Part shown: positions 19,497-29,458 of the stretch, piece after piece
How positions within the stretch are numbered: the first letter of the stretch is position 1
Layout: each line of letters opens with the position of its first letter
Virus record (IMG/VR): IMGVR_UViG_3300033075_001508
Span: 1-64,000 of that record
Strand: one strand, 5' to 3'
Length of the DNA: 64,000 nucleotides
Origin: a virus
Lineage: Duplodnaviria; Caudoviricetes
Notes under the pieces: model-generated
What the model was told of the DNA's origin: nothing
Databases searched by the model: none
What the model saw: only the letters and a program-made list of their open reading frames with translations
Position numbers and translations under genes: made by a program

Positions 19497-21524
19497 ATGC
19501 CCTGGTTTCCACTTCATAACCATTCCCACTTCTCGCTCCTGGATGGGCTGAGCAAGCCGGAACAGATTGCTGAGCGAATGGTTGAGTGCGGGTATGCCGG
19601 CTGTGCGTTGACTGACCATGGTTCAATCGCAGGGGTTCCGCCTTTCATCAAGGCGATGAGCGATGTTTGTAAGTGCGGCCATCAAAAGAAGGTCCACTAC
19701 AACGGCGAGGAATGCTCCAAACGCGGTTGTGCCTGCCAGAAGTTTGAGAAGAACAAGCTGAAGGCAATCGCCGGCTGCGAGTTCTACCTTTGCAAGCAGC
19801 ACTCAAGCGTTCGCGACAAGTCCAACGCTTCGCTGAGCCATCTGTGCGTACTCGCCAAGGGCCAACAAGGCTGGAAGAATCTCATCCAAGCCACGAGCGA
19901 GAGCAACCGGCCCGAGAACTTCTACCGCAAGCCACGGCTGAGCCTCGAACAGTTGGCGTCGTTTAGCAAGGGCGAGTTCATTGTGTTCTCTGGACACATG
20001 GGCTCCGACCTGGCGGACGCCTGCTTTGCCGAACCCAAGCTGGCCTACAACGCCAAGACGTACGAGGAAGCCAAGGCGTTGGTTCGCAAGGACTGGGAAC
20101 AGTCGGTCACCGAGACCATCCGGAAGTATCAGGCCCTGTTCGGCGTCGAGAACTTCTACGTCGAGATTCAGTTGGTCGACCAGAAGAACCTTCCAGCCGC
20201 CCTGGTCGTGGCTCGTATCCTGCGGCACGTCGCCAAGAAGCTTGGTGTTCCGCGAGTGGCAACAGCGGACAGTCACTATCCAAGGCGAGAAGACGCGGCC
20301 GACCAACGGATTCAGTTGTGCGCCGCCATGGAGACGACGCTCAAGCAGGTTCAAACGAAAATCGAAAACGGCGAGGATGTTGGGCTGGGAGCTTTCTTCA
20401 AAAGCAACAACTACCACATCCCCTCTCCTGCCGAGATTGAAGAGCTTCACCAGGATGAGCTAGAGGAACTAGCCAATGCGGTGGCGATTGCGGCACGTTG
20501 CGAAACGCCATCTATCAGCAGCGCCCCATTGCTTCCGGTGTTTGATTGTCCAGGCGGGATGACGCCGGACCAATATCTGACACATTTATGTGAAGTCGGC
20601 TGGAAGAAGAAGATTTTACCAATTATCAAACAGCACTCCGAGAAGGAAGGGGATTACAAGAAGGCCCTTGAAAAGGAACATGTGGTGCTAACCGGAGCCG
20701 GCTTGAGCAGCTACTTCCTTATCGTGGCCGACTATATTCGGCATGCCCGTCACACCCTGCGATGCCGCATTGGGAAAGGTCGCGGTTCGGCGGCTGGTTG
20801 TCTTGTCAGTTACCTACTCGACATCACGCGAGTGGACCCGATTCGCGCGGGCTTATTGTTTGAGCGATTTTACAACGCCGGCCGCAACAGCCCGGGACGT
20901 ATTGCTCTACCCGACATCGACACCGACTTCCCGGTCGGTTTCCGGGACTTGGTGTTCCAGTATTGCGCTGCCAAATACGGCGAGAACCGCGTGTGCCAGA
21001 TGGCGACCTTCTCGCGCATGCAGGGTCGCGGCGCACTCAAGGATGTGCTGCGGGCGCACGAGCGGTGCGGCTACGAAGAAATGAACCGTATCACCGAGCA
21101 TATTCCGGACGAATCGGAAATCTCGGATGCCTTGCAGGAAATGATTGAGGAAACCGGCGAAGCCTCCATTATTCAGTGGGCGTTGGAAAACCACGGAGAA
21201 GCACTCAAGGAATGGTGCTTCATCAACGAAGAGGGCGATTTGGACGGCCCGCTCGCCCTGGACTTCGCTCAAGCTATCCGACTGGAAGGCACAAAGCGTT
21301 CGCAGGGAAAGCACGCGTCAGGCGTCATCATCTCGTCCGAGGTTTTGACCGACATCTTCCCGATGGTCTACGACAAGTCGTCCGGCCGCATGATGGTCGG
21401 CGTTGACATGCGAGACGTTGAAGAGATGGGCGGCGTGAAGTTCGACCTCCTGGTGTTACGCACCCTCAACTGCGTCATGGATGCCGAGCATGTTATTCGA
21501 ACCGGGAGGCTGCCGGCCGCATGA
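19497..21524 (+). CDS. dnaE: DNA polymerase III alpha, N-terminal half (PHP + palm/thumb)
   Basis: LHNHSHFSLLDG, ALTDHG, DSHY, GRGSAAG, PDIDTDF, GKHASGVII, KFDLL. Confidence 0.93.
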   Translation: MPWFPLHNHSHFSLLDGLSKPEQIAERMVECGYAGCALTDHGSIAGVPPFIKAMSDVCKCGHQKKVHYNGEECSKRGCACQKFEKNKLKAIAGCEFYLCKQHSSVRDKSNASLSHLCVLAKGQQGWKNLIQATSESNRPENFYRKPRLSLEQLASFSKGEFIVFSGHMGSDLADACFAEPKLAYNAKTYEEAKALVRKDWEQSVTETIRKYQALFGVENFYVEIQLVDQKNLPAALVVARILRHVAKKLGVPRVATADSHYPRREDAADQRIQLCAAMETTLKQVQTKIENGEDVGLGAFFKSNNYHIPSPAEIEELHQDELEELANAVAIAARCETPSISSAPLLPVFDCPGGMTPDQYLTHLCEVGWKKKILPIIKQHSEKEGDYKKALEKEHVVLTGAGLSSYFLIVADYIRHARHTLRCRIGKGRGSAAGCLVSYLLDITRVDPIRAGLLFERFYNAGRNSPGRIALPDIDTDFPVGFRDLVFQYCAAKYGENRVCQMATFSRMQGRGALKDVLRAHERCGYEEMNRITEHIPDESEISDALQEMIEETGEASIIQWALENHGEALKEWCFINEEGDLDGPLALDFAQAIRLEGTKRSQGKHASGVIISSEVLTDIFPMVYDKSSGRMMVGVDMRDVEEMGGVKFDLLVLRTLNCVMDAEHVIRTGRLPAA

Positions 21525-21811
21525 GCGAGACATCCTGGTTTATCACCGCCTGTTTTAGTTCGGTAGCCATTTTGTTCATCATGGTTGTTTTTGAGAGGAG
21601 AAAGCGATTGGAGAACGACATCCAAGTAATCGAGCAGGCCTTGGACGCCGGGTTTGAGCTTACGAAGAAGCGGTACCAGCTTTATAAGGCTGGCTGGGGC
21701 GGTTACACCATACTCAACTTCAATCTGGACGGCGTTCGCGTCGAGGGCGAAGACTTCCCGGCAACCGAGCGGGACAAGGCAATCAAACGCTTTTTGGAGG
21801 TTACTTCTTAG
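21521..21811 (+). CDS. Hypothetical membrane protein
   Basis: N-terminal hydrophobic helix; ATGA coupling. Confidence 0.55.
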   Translation: MSETSWFITACFSSVAILFIMVVFERRKRLENDIQVIEQALDAGFELTKKRYQLYKAGWGGYTILNFNLDGVRVEGEDFPATERDKAIKRFLEVTS

Positions 21812-21862
21812 CCATGGAACACGTTGAAACGATTTGGGGGCCAATGCCCGTTGGAGAAGAGC

Positions 21863-22477
21863 ATGATGACCAACCTGCTTTCGGAGATAGCTGCATGCTC
21901 AAACTGTCCCCTCCACTCAAGTTGTCTCCCACTTCCACCTGCTGGCTCCGACAAGGCTGCCATCATGATGGTCGGAGAACGACCAGATAGCGAAGCGGAT
22001 TTGATGAGAGAGCCCTTTGCAGGAAGAGAGGGGCGGCTGCTCGATAGGCTTCTCAAAGAAGCGGGCTTGGCTCGCGAAGAGGTGTTCCTGACCTATGTGG
22101 TCAAATGCGCCTCAAAGGAAGAGCCAAGCGAGTCCACCATCGCTACCTGCAAGAGTTGGCTCTGGAAAGAGATTCAGGCGTTGCGTCCGAGGGTCATTGT
22201 GACGCTTGGCAAGCTGCCCACCCGTCTCCTGCTCAAGCTCAAAAAAAGTGTCGCCTTGAAAGAGGTCGTTGGGCGGTTTGAACGTGTAGAGTTTATGACC
22301 GCCTTGGTTGCCCCGTGGTTTCATCCTGCTTATATCTTGCAACGAGGCAAGAAAGTGGATGCCGCAACGGTGGCGTTTTTTAAGGAAGTTAAGGAGAAAA
22401 GTGCAAGTGTTAACACAAGCTTGGATGTTCTTGCTGTCGATTCCGGGACGCATCAAGGACGCGATTCGGCCAAATGA
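21863..22477 (+). CDS. Uracil-DNA glycosylase family 4-like protein
   Basis: CSNCPL, MVGERP, PFAG..GRLL, VVKC, IVTLG, FHPAY. Confidence 0.85.
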   Translation: MMTNLLSEIAACSNCPLHSSCLPLPPAGSDKAAIMMVGERPDSEADLMREPFAGREGRLLDRLLKEAGLAREEVFLTYVVKCASKEEPSESTIATCKSWLWKEIQALRPRVIVTLGKLPTRLLLKLKKSVALKEVVGRFERVEFMTALVAPWFHPAYILQRGKKVDAATVAFFKEVKEKSASVNTSLDVLAVDSGTHQGRDSAK

Positions 22478-22823
22478 ACAGCTGGCCAATGAGCGACAAA
22501 ACAACCGGGAACTCTCTGACCTCGTTGAGCATCAGGACCAGGTCATTGACGAACTTCACAAGGTTATGGTCGAGCGCGGGCGGTTGGTTCAGACCATCCA
22601 CAACGAGAGCATTCGTCGCCTCGCCGCCGTGGTCGCCTCGATGGGCGGGTCCATCACCATCAGTCACGACCTCGCCAAGTCGATTTACGAGGCACCTCAA
22701 GTTCACATCGACATCGTTCCCGGAGAGAACAGCGTCACCATGACGCTTCGTATCGAGGACGCTCCGGACGCCGACGCCGGCTGCTGTGAAGGCGAGTGCG
22801 ATAGCGAGGCCTGCCAGTCCTAA
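22401..22823 (+). CDS. Hypothetical coiled-coil protein
   Basis: GTG 22401 with SD AAGGAG. Confidence 0.55.
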   Translation: MQVLTQAWMFLLSIPGRIKDAIRPNEQLANERQNNRELSDLVEHQDQVIDELHKVMVERGRLVQTIHNESIRRLAAVVASMGGSITISHDLAKSIYEAPQVHIDIVPGENSVTMTLRIEDAPDADAGCCEGECDSEACQS

Positions 22824-23491
22824 TGCCAGCAGACATCATCGTCTTCGACTTCGAGACCTACGGCCTGGACCCTCAAACCAGTGAGGCCATCCAGGTCGCA
22901 GGTAAGGCGTACCGAGGATACGACCTGGAACCATACCCGCCCGAAGCGGGTGGTGAGTTTTCCTCTCTAATGAGGCCGCTGTATCCGGAACGGCTTGACG
23001 AGCCGAGTGCGAAGCGGGCTCTCGAAATCAACAAGAAGACCAAGGAAGACATCCTCGCGGCACCGGACCAGGCGGTTGTCTGGAATCAGTTTGTGTCCTG
23101 GGTCGGCAAGTACAATCCAAAGAAGTCCGCTTGGACCGCACCAATCGCCAGCGGTTACAACATCAAAGATTTCGACTTCAAGTTCGTGGCGGCGTTGAAC
23201 GAGCTTCACTGCAAGGGAGACAGGACTGTCCTCTTTGCAAAGATGCCGCTCTACGACCTTCAAGACGATATCCGCCGATGGTTCGGCACCGACCCGGATT
23301 GGGAGAACTTCAAGCTGGACACGGTCCGGAAGAAGTTTGGACTATCGCTGGAAGGGGCACATGATGCCCTGGTCGATGTTCGCGACACCGGCTTCGTCAT
23401 GATGAAGTTCCTCAAGTTGTACGAACGACTGCGGAACGCCAGGATTGCTGATGGTTCTCCCCTTATCAAGTTCTTCGGCAACGCAGCATGA
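22823..23491 (+). CDS. DEDDh 3'-5' exonuclease (DnaQ/epsilon-like)
   Basis: VFDFETYG, GYNIKDFD, AHDALVD. Confidence 0.85.
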   Translation: MPADIIVFDFETYGLDPQTSEAIQVAGKAYRGYDLEPYPPEAGGEFSSLMRPLYPERLDEPSAKRALEINKKTKEDILAAPDQAVVWNQFVSWVGKYNPKKSAWTAPIASGYNIKDFDFKFVAALNELHCKGDRTVLFAKMPLYDLQDDIRRWFGTDPDWENFKLDTVRKKFGLSLEGAHDALVDVRDTGFVMMKFLKLYERLRNARIADGSPLIKFFGNAA

Positions 23492-23907
23492 ACACCACTC
23501 CACAAGTCTCCGAAAACCGGCACTTCGTAAGCAAGGGCTGGGGTTGGGAGGACTGGATTGTCAACAACAACAAGTATTGCGGAAAGGTCTTGTTCGTTAA
23601 GCAGGGAAAGAAGTGTTCGTGGCACTACCACGCTGAAAAGGATGAGACCTTCTATTTGCAATCCGGCGAGTTGATTGTCCGCTTTATCCGTCAAAAGGAT
23701 TTTGAGGAACAAATGAAGCTCATCGGATTGCCGATTGAGGAGCGGCTCAAATGTTCCTACTGGCAAGCCGTTCTGCGGCCCGGCCACAGCCTTCATATTC
23801 CGACCGGAACCGTCCATCAATTCGAGGCTGTCCTCGACAGTTATCTGTTCGAGTTTAGCACCACCCACAAGGACGAGGATTCGATTCGTGTTGTTAAGGG
23901 TGATTAG
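23488..23907 (+). CDS. Cupin protein (sugar isomerase/epimerase-like)
   Basis: KGWGWE, SWHYHAEKDETFY, IPTGTVHQF, EFST. Confidence 0.8.
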   Translation: MNTTPQVSENRHFVSKGWGWEDWIVNNNKYCGKVLFVKQGKKCSWHYHAEKDETFYLQSGELIVRFIRQKDFEEQMKLIGLPIEERLKCSYWQAVLRPGHSLHIPTGTVHQFEAVLDSYLFEFSTTHKDEDSIRVVKGD

Positions 23908-24013
23908 TTTTTTCGACTCTTTGTTTGACGCTTTTGAATTGGTTTTGGTAGCAACAGGCGTACTTGACGAACTTCATTCGACAGCCAGAGCTTTAATAGG
24001 AGAAGACGATTAA
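23900..24013 (+). CDS. Possible 37-aa small protein
   Basis: GTG overlapping the cupin end; fills the gap. Confidence 0.3.
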   Translation: MISFFDSLFDAFELVLVATGVLDELHSTARALIGEDD

Positions 24014-24059
24014 CGCATTACCAACAAAAGAAAACAATCACCACCTCCGCTTCATCAAG

Positions 24060-24614
24060 ATGGACAAGCCGGCACTGGTGTTGTACGCCGCCATCTTCTG
24101 GGGTAATCAGAAAGGTGGAGGGGGCATCACCGACGTCTTTGAACTGAAGATTGACCGTGAGCGCGGCGGCTGGTTCAACGACGATATGCAGGCGAGCATC
24201 ATGTTCGACGGCACCCGTAAGTTCCTCAAAACGTTTGCCGAAGGAAGCCAGCATAGCGGCTACATTTCGCCAAACCAGCATGATGTCTCGGTGTTCATCG
24301 CCGGCTACATCCAGGCAATGGCTGTCACCAATCCGGTCAGCGAGCATCCGAAGGATGTTCTGCATGGCGTCATCATCTTCTTTGACAAGGCTGAAGGGGT
24401 TCCCAAGCCCTACTCGCTCAAGTGCCATCAGGATGAGGACGGCACCTTCGTTGACGCCGCAAGCGGCATGAGGTTTTCTGCGGCCGGACGATTCTCGCTC
24501 ACGCACACGAAGGAAGCCGGCATTCGGAGCGAAGTGTTTTTGTCCCATGACCCCAACGAGAACTTCCTGGTTTCCACTGGCATCCAGATGCTTCAAGACA
24601 TCCTCGGAGAATAA
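24060..24614 (+). CDS. Hypothetical protein (may start at ATT 24009)
   Basis: 184-aa ORF; frame open back to 24000 with SD AGGAG 6 nt before ATT. Confidence 0.6.
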   Translation: MDKPALVLYAAIFWGNQKGGGGITDVFELKIDRERGGWFNDDMQASIMFDGTRKFLKTFAEGSQHSGYISPNQHDVSVFIAGYIQAMAVTNPVSEHPKDVLHGVIIFFDKAEGVPKPYSLKCHQDEDGTFVDAASGMRFSAAGRFSLTHTKEAGIRSEVFLSHDPNENFLVSTGIQMLQDILGE

Positions 24615-24616
24615 TC

Positions 24617-26287
24617 TTGACTCGATACTGGCGATTCCCTTGCGGCTGCGAATGGCCTATGCTGGAAGAGAACCCGCCTGATGGGGTCCTGCCCCTACTC
24701 GACTTCGATATCGAGCAGGCACCCCAAGACTGTCCAGCGACTTGGGCTCTCTTGGGGACCGGCCAGACCAAAGGCATCTTCCAGCTTGAGTCGAACCTGG
24801 GCAAGTCCTGGACAAAGAAGCTTAAGCCGCAAAGCGAAGAACACATGAGTGCGCTCGGGGCTCTGCTTCGGCCAGGCTGCTTGAAGGCGGTGGACGAGAA
24901 CGGGGTCAGCATGACCCAACATTATGTCCTGCGCCGGCATGAGCAGGAAGAGGTTCGTTCCTACCACCCGGCCATCGACGCGATTCTATTTCCGACCTAC
25001 GGCGTTCTCGCCTACCAGGAACAGGCCATGTTCCTTGCGGTTGCCATCGCGGGCTTCAACGAACAAGAAGCCGACATGCTCCGCAAAGCTATCGGCAAGA
25101 AGCTGGCGGCGGAAATGAGCAAGGTCCGCACCATGTTCCTGGAGGGTGCGAAGAAGGCGAACGTGGTCAGCCAAGAATTGGCCGAGGAAGTGTTTGGCTG
25201 GATTGAGAAGAGCCAACGCTACTCGTTCAACAAGTCGCACAGCTACTGCTACGGCTTACAAGGGTATGAGAACGCCTACATCAAGGCTCATCACCCTCTC
25301 GCGTTCTTCGCGGGATGGTTGAACAACGCCAAGCACAAAGCGGACTCCCAGGAAGAGGTCAACGAACTTGTCAACGACGCCCGCTTGTTTGACGTCGTCG
25401 TGGAGCCGCCCGACCTCCGCAATCTTGAACCACACTTCCAGACCGACCGGAAGACCATCACGTTCGGCCTGGCGGACATCAAGGGTATAGGTGACGCCCA
25501 AATCGCGAAGCTGAGGACCGCGATTGCCGAGACTGAGGCCTTCCTGCAAAAACCGCTTCCTCAATGGAACTGGCTGCAATTCCTGGTGTGGTGTTCCGAC
25601 CAGGTCTCTTCCAGCGTTACCGCCAAGCTAATCGAAGTTGGCGCGATGCGATGGATGGGAAAAGGCCGACAACTCATGCGAGCGGAGTTTGACGCCTGGA
25701 ACGCGCTGACAGACAAGGAAAAGGAATGGGTGCGGGACACCCTGACCGGAAGCTTGTTCCAGTTCGATGATGTGGTTTCCATCCTCAAGGCGGTCGGAAG
25801 ACCAAAGAAAGAGGGTGGTGGTTGCGCCAATAAGAACCGCGTATCGGCGGTCAACTCCCAGGTTTCCCTCCTGGAGAAACCGCCAACCCCGCTGGTCGAT
25901 ACGCCGCACTGGATTGCCTGGGCTGAAGAGGAGCTTCTTGGTATTTCCATCACTTGTTCCCGAGTTGATAGTTGCGACCTCTCGGCCGTGAACTGTTCCT
26001 GCAAAGAGTACATGGCCGGCCGCACTGGTTATCTGATGCTCGGCGTGGAAATAACTCGCGTCCACGAAGTGAAGACCAAGACCGGCAAGAGCCCCGGCTC
26101 CAAGATGGCTCGCCTGGTCGTTACGGACGGCACCTGCGCGGTTGACGCGGTCGTGTGGCCCGAGACCTACAAGGAAGTTCGCGGCTTACTGACCGAAGGA
26201 AATACCATCCTCATCCAGGGCGAGCGAGACAAGAAAGAGGGCACGACCCTCGTCATCAAAAAGGTTTGGCAGGCGTCGACCGCTTAG
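24617..26287 (+). CDS. dnaE: DNA polymerase III alpha, C-terminal half (fingers, HhH, OB fold)
   Basis: GIFQLES, ALLRPG, TYGVLAYQEQ, ADMLRKAIGKK, YSFNKSHS, IKGIG, EELLGI, OB fold. Confidence 0.93.
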   Translation: MTRYWRFPCGCEWPMLEENPPDGVLPLLDFDIEQAPQDCPATWALLGTGQTKGIFQLESNLGKSWTKKLKPQSEEHMSALGALLRPGCLKAVDENGVSMTQHYVLRRHEQEEVRSYHPAIDAILFPTYGVLAYQEQAMFLAVAIAGFNEQEADMLRKAIGKKLAAEMSKVRTMFLEGAKKANVVSQELAEEVFGWIEKSQRYSFNKSHSYCYGLQGYENAYIKAHHPLAFFAGWLNNAKHKADSQEEVNELVNDARLFDVVVEPPDLRNLEPHFQTDRKTITFGLADIKGIGDAQIAKLRTAIAETEAFLQKPLPQWNWLQFLVWCSDQVSSSVTAKLIEVGAMRWMGKGRQLMRAEFDAWNALTDKEKEWVRDTLTGSLFQFDDVVSILKAVGRPKKEGGGCANKNRVSAVNSQVSLLEKPPTPLVDTPHWIAWAEEELLGISITCSRVDSCDLSAVNCSCKEYMAGRTGYLMLGVEITRVHEVKTKTGKSPGSKMARLVVTDGTCAVDAVVWPETYKEVRGLLTEGNTILIQGERDKKEGTTLVIKKVWQASTA

Positions 26288-26358
26288 CCGAGCCATCAAA
26301 CGTGTGAGTAGTATCAGTGTGATTTCTTTTTTACCCATTTGGAGAAAATCGAGAAAAG

Positions 26359-26811
26359 ATGAGTTTGAACAAAGGCTTTCGTCAGGGCAACCTCGTCGCC
26401 GACCCTGAAATCAAGATGACAAACGCCAACGTTCCGGTTTGTCGTTTTCGCATCGCCGTCAATCGTCGCCACAAGAGCGCGAATGGCTACGTGAACAAGG
26501 CGGCATTCCTTCAGTGCGAGGCTTGGGCCAAGGGTGCTGAGGCTATCCACAAGCACTTCAAGAAGGGTAGCCCCATCATCATTGAAGAGTCGATTATTCA
26601 AGATGATTACAAGGACAAGGACGGCAAGGAGCGGAGCGTTCTGGTCTTCCGGGTCGAGCAATTCCATTTCGTGCCTGGCTACGACTACGAGAACCACTGC
26701 TGGGCTGCTGGCAACAGTCGCAAGGCGGCGCAGGCCGACGAGCAGGCCGGCAATGATGGTGGTGGAGACGACGGTCCGCCACCGGGCGGCACCGAAGATA
26801 TTCCCTTCTAA
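26359..26811 (+). CDS. ssb: Single-stranded DNA-binding protein
   Basis: GNLVADPE, FRIAVNR, CEAW, acidic EDIPF tail. Confidence 0.9.
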   Translation: MSLNKGFRQGNLVADPEIKMTNANVPVCRFRIAVNRRHKSANGYVNKAAFLQCEAWAKGAEAIHKHFKKGSPIIIEESIIQDDYKDKDGKERSVLVFRVEQFHFVPGYDYENHCWAAGNSRKAAQADEQAGNDGGGDDGPPPGGTEDIPF

Positions 26812-26817
26812 CCCTGC

Positions 26818-26845
26818 GGGGAGGCAACCGCCTCCCCTTTTTCTT
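26818..26845 (+). terminator. Rho-independent terminator
   Basis: GGGGAGGC-AACC-GCCTCCCC followed by TTTTTCTT. Confidence 0.8.
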
Positions 26846-26855
26846 AGGACACCTC

Positions 26856-27062
26856 GTGAAATACAAGTACATCCTCTTATTCGCGCTTGTTATTGCAGTT
26901 CTACGCGTACTGGGCATGCACAACGCAGCGTATCAAGCAGTCGCTCATCTCTTCGTTGGCGGCTTGGCTGGAGCTTGGTATGTCGGCCGTGACAAGCTCA
27001 TTCTCACCATCGCCATTCTTCTGTCCGTTGTAGAACTGGCCTGCGCCATCTTCCTTCGTTAA
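26856..27062 (+). CDS. Small multi-pass membrane protein
   Basis: Three hydrophobic segments. Confidence 0.55.
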   Translation: MKYKYILLFALVIAVLRVLGMHNAAYQAVAHLFVGGLAGAWYVGRDKLILTIAILLSVVELACAIFLR

Positions 27063-27070
27063 GGGCAACA

Positions 27071-28708
27071 GTGAGCGATAAGAAACGCATCATGCTCGTC
27101 AATGAGGCGAGCTTCCTTTCGACCGGGTATGGAACCTACGGGCTGGAATTCCTCAGCGCTCTGCATGCCACGGGCAAGTACGACCTGATGGAGTTTGCCG
27201 GCTACGCTGCCGAGGGGGACGAACGCTCGTTCGACCTGCCATGGAAGTGGAAGTCGGCGGTCACCGACCCGAAGACTCCAAACCCGGCCGAATTTGGACA
27301 AAGCAAATTCGAGGAAGCCTGCCTGGAGTTTCGACCTGACATCGTCGTGGACATCCGCGACTGGTGGATGATGGAATTTCAGGAACGTTCTCCGTTCCGG
27401 CCGTACTTCCATTGGGCAATCATGCCGACCGTTGACGCCGAACCGCAAGAGCGTCAATGGCTTGCCACCTACATGGGCGCGGATTCCGTCTTCACCTACT
27501 CGGACTGGGGCCTGGAGCTTCTCAAAAAGCAAACCCAGGACCGCATCCACACCGTCTGCTCGACTCCTCCCGGGGCAGACTTGGCGACATACCAAGTCTA
27601 TCCGGACAAGAAAACTCATCGAGACCGGTTTGGTATATCCGCCGACGCCCTGATTGTCGGCACGGTCATGAGGAACCAGAAGCGAAAGCTTTATCCGGAC
27701 CTAATTGAGGCCTTCGCTCAATTCCTCAAGGAAGCACCGAGCGAGCTTGCAAACAAGACGTTTCTTTATTTGCACACTGCCTGGCCAGACCTGGGTTGGG
27801 ACATCCCATCCTTGATTGTTGAAGCGGGAATCTCCCACAAAGTTCTCTTCACGTACTACTGCAAGTCGTGCGGCCACGCCTTTCCGAGCTTCTTCCAAGA
27901 CACCAGAACCGGTTGTCCAAGATGCGGCCAGTTCGCCGCGACCTTCCCCAACAGTGCGGTGGGAGTGAGCAGGAAGGTGTTATGCGACATCATGAATCTC
28001 TGGGACTGCTACGTCCAGTACGCCACCTGCGAGGGCTTCGGTATGCCCCAGGTTGAAGCTGCGGCGTGCGGGCTCCCGGTGTTCGCGGTCGATTACAGCG
28101 CCATGGCCGACGTGGTTCGCAAGCTGAACGGGTTCCCAATCAAGGTCCAGAGATACTTCCGCGAATCCGAGACGCACCGGAAGCTGGCTCTACCCGACAA
28201 CTCGGACTTTGTTGAAAAGCTGATTTCGTTTCTGCAAAAGCCGGAACCGATTCGCAGGAAGAAGGGGTGGGAAGCCCGAAAGGGTGTTGAGACCCACTAC
28301 ACCTGGGAACAAACGTGTTCCCGTTGGATGGCGCACTTCGATTCGATTCAGGTCCGGCCTCAATCGCAGACATGGTTGTCGCCGCCCAGGTTCCACACAC
28401 CAAACCTTTCCTGCCCAAACAACCTCACAAATGAGGAGTTTGTTCGATGGGGGTTGGCAAACATCGCTGGCCGACCAGACCTGGTTGGTTCCTACATGTC
28501 TGTCCGTATGACCCGGGACCTCAACTGGGGTGCCCGCCTCGGCCAAGGTATGGGTGGTCAGTATTTCAACGACGCCTCCACGCTCGGAAATTCCGGCAGG
28601 CTACAGCCTTTCGACCGCAATGAGGCCACGAAAGTCATGCTGGAAATGGCAAATCGACAGAATCATTGGGAACAGAGGCGAGCGGACGCCCTGCTTCGGG
28701 GTAAGTAG
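27071..28708 (+). CDS. GT-B (GT4-like) glycosyltransferase with inserted Zn ribbon
   Basis: TGYGTY, VMRNQKRK, EGFGMPQVEAAACG; CKSC..CPRC insert. Confidence 0.85.
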   Translation: MSDKKRIMLVNEASFLSTGYGTYGLEFLSALHATGKYDLMEFAGYAAEGDERSFDLPWKWKSAVTDPKTPNPAEFGQSKFEEACLEFRPDIVVDIRDWWMMEFQERSPFRPYFHWAIMPTVDAEPQERQWLATYMGADSVFTYSDWGLELLKKQTQDRIHTVCSTPPGADLATYQVYPDKKTHRDRFGISADALIVGTVMRNQKRKLYPDLIEAFAQFLKEAPSELANKTFLYLHTAWPDLGWDIPSLIVEAGISHKVLFTYYCKSCGHAFPSFFQDTRTGCPRCGQFAATFPNSAVGVSRKVLCDIMNLWDCYVQYATCEGFGMPQVEAAACGLPVFAVDYSAMADVVRKLNGFPIKVQRYFRESETHRKLALPDNSDFVEKLISFLQKPEPIRRKKGWEARKGVETHYTWEQTCSRWMAHFDSIQVRPQSQTWLSPPRFHTPNLSCPNNLTNEEFVRWGLANIAGRPDLVGSYMSVRMTRDLNWGARLGQGMGGQYFNDASTLGNSGRLQPFDRNEATKVMLEMANRQNHWEQRRADALLRGK

Positions 28709-28784
28709 ACGGTAGGGACCAAAACACAGCGAGATGAACACTTTATCGCTCAACCTCGTGCGTATTATTGATGGAGGTGTTCAC

Positions 28785-29455
28785 ATGCTATCTAAAGAAG
28801 ACCTAGAGCGCGAATACGTACAAAACCGCAAGTCTTGCCAGAGAATCGCCAATGAATATGGCCTTGCCGCTCGCACTATCCATAGCTGGCTCGTCCGCTA
28901 CGACATTCCTCGCCGAGACAATACCAAGCCGAGCAACAAGATAGACATGACCGGCTTTAAGGTTGGTAATCTTCTAGTCGTTGGCCAGGCCCCCGAACGA
29001 AAAGCGAATCAAGCTGCCTGGATAGTCGAGTGCCAACAGTGCAACGTACGCTTCGCAGTTCCTGGAGGAAAGATTCGGCATCGACAAATTGGTGGATGTC
29101 AAAGTTGTGGCAAGCATCCCAATTTTCGAGGATGCGGAGATATTTATGGACAATACTGGACCAACCTTAAACGTGGCGCAGTTAGCAGAGGGCTGGAGTT
29201 TACTGTAACGATTGAGGAAGCCTGGCAACTTTATTTATCCCAGGACGGCAAATGCGCGTTAAGCGGATTGCCAATTGTATTCGAGCGAAGCAGGGGACGC
29301 GCCGCCGAGAAGACTGCTTCGCTTGACCGAATTGACTCGACAAAAGGTTACCTGCCAGACAATACAAGGACGTAAACAAACTGAAGGGCAAGTTTTCTGA
29401 TGATGAGTTGATTAAGCTCTGTATTCTCATAAGCGATTACCGAAAGACTGGGTGA
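28785..29455 (+). pseudogene. HNH-like endonuclease broken by a ~13-nt deletion
   Basis: TASLDRIDSTKGYLPDN, then QWVH is missing and KDVNKLKGKFS continues in a shifted frame to TGA 29455. Confidence 0.75.
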
Positions 29456-29458
29456 CCC

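Noticed and set aside
21400-24760. Split intein joining the DnaE halves
   Set aside because: No Cys/Ser-initiated block A after the N-half and no HN/C motif before the C-half
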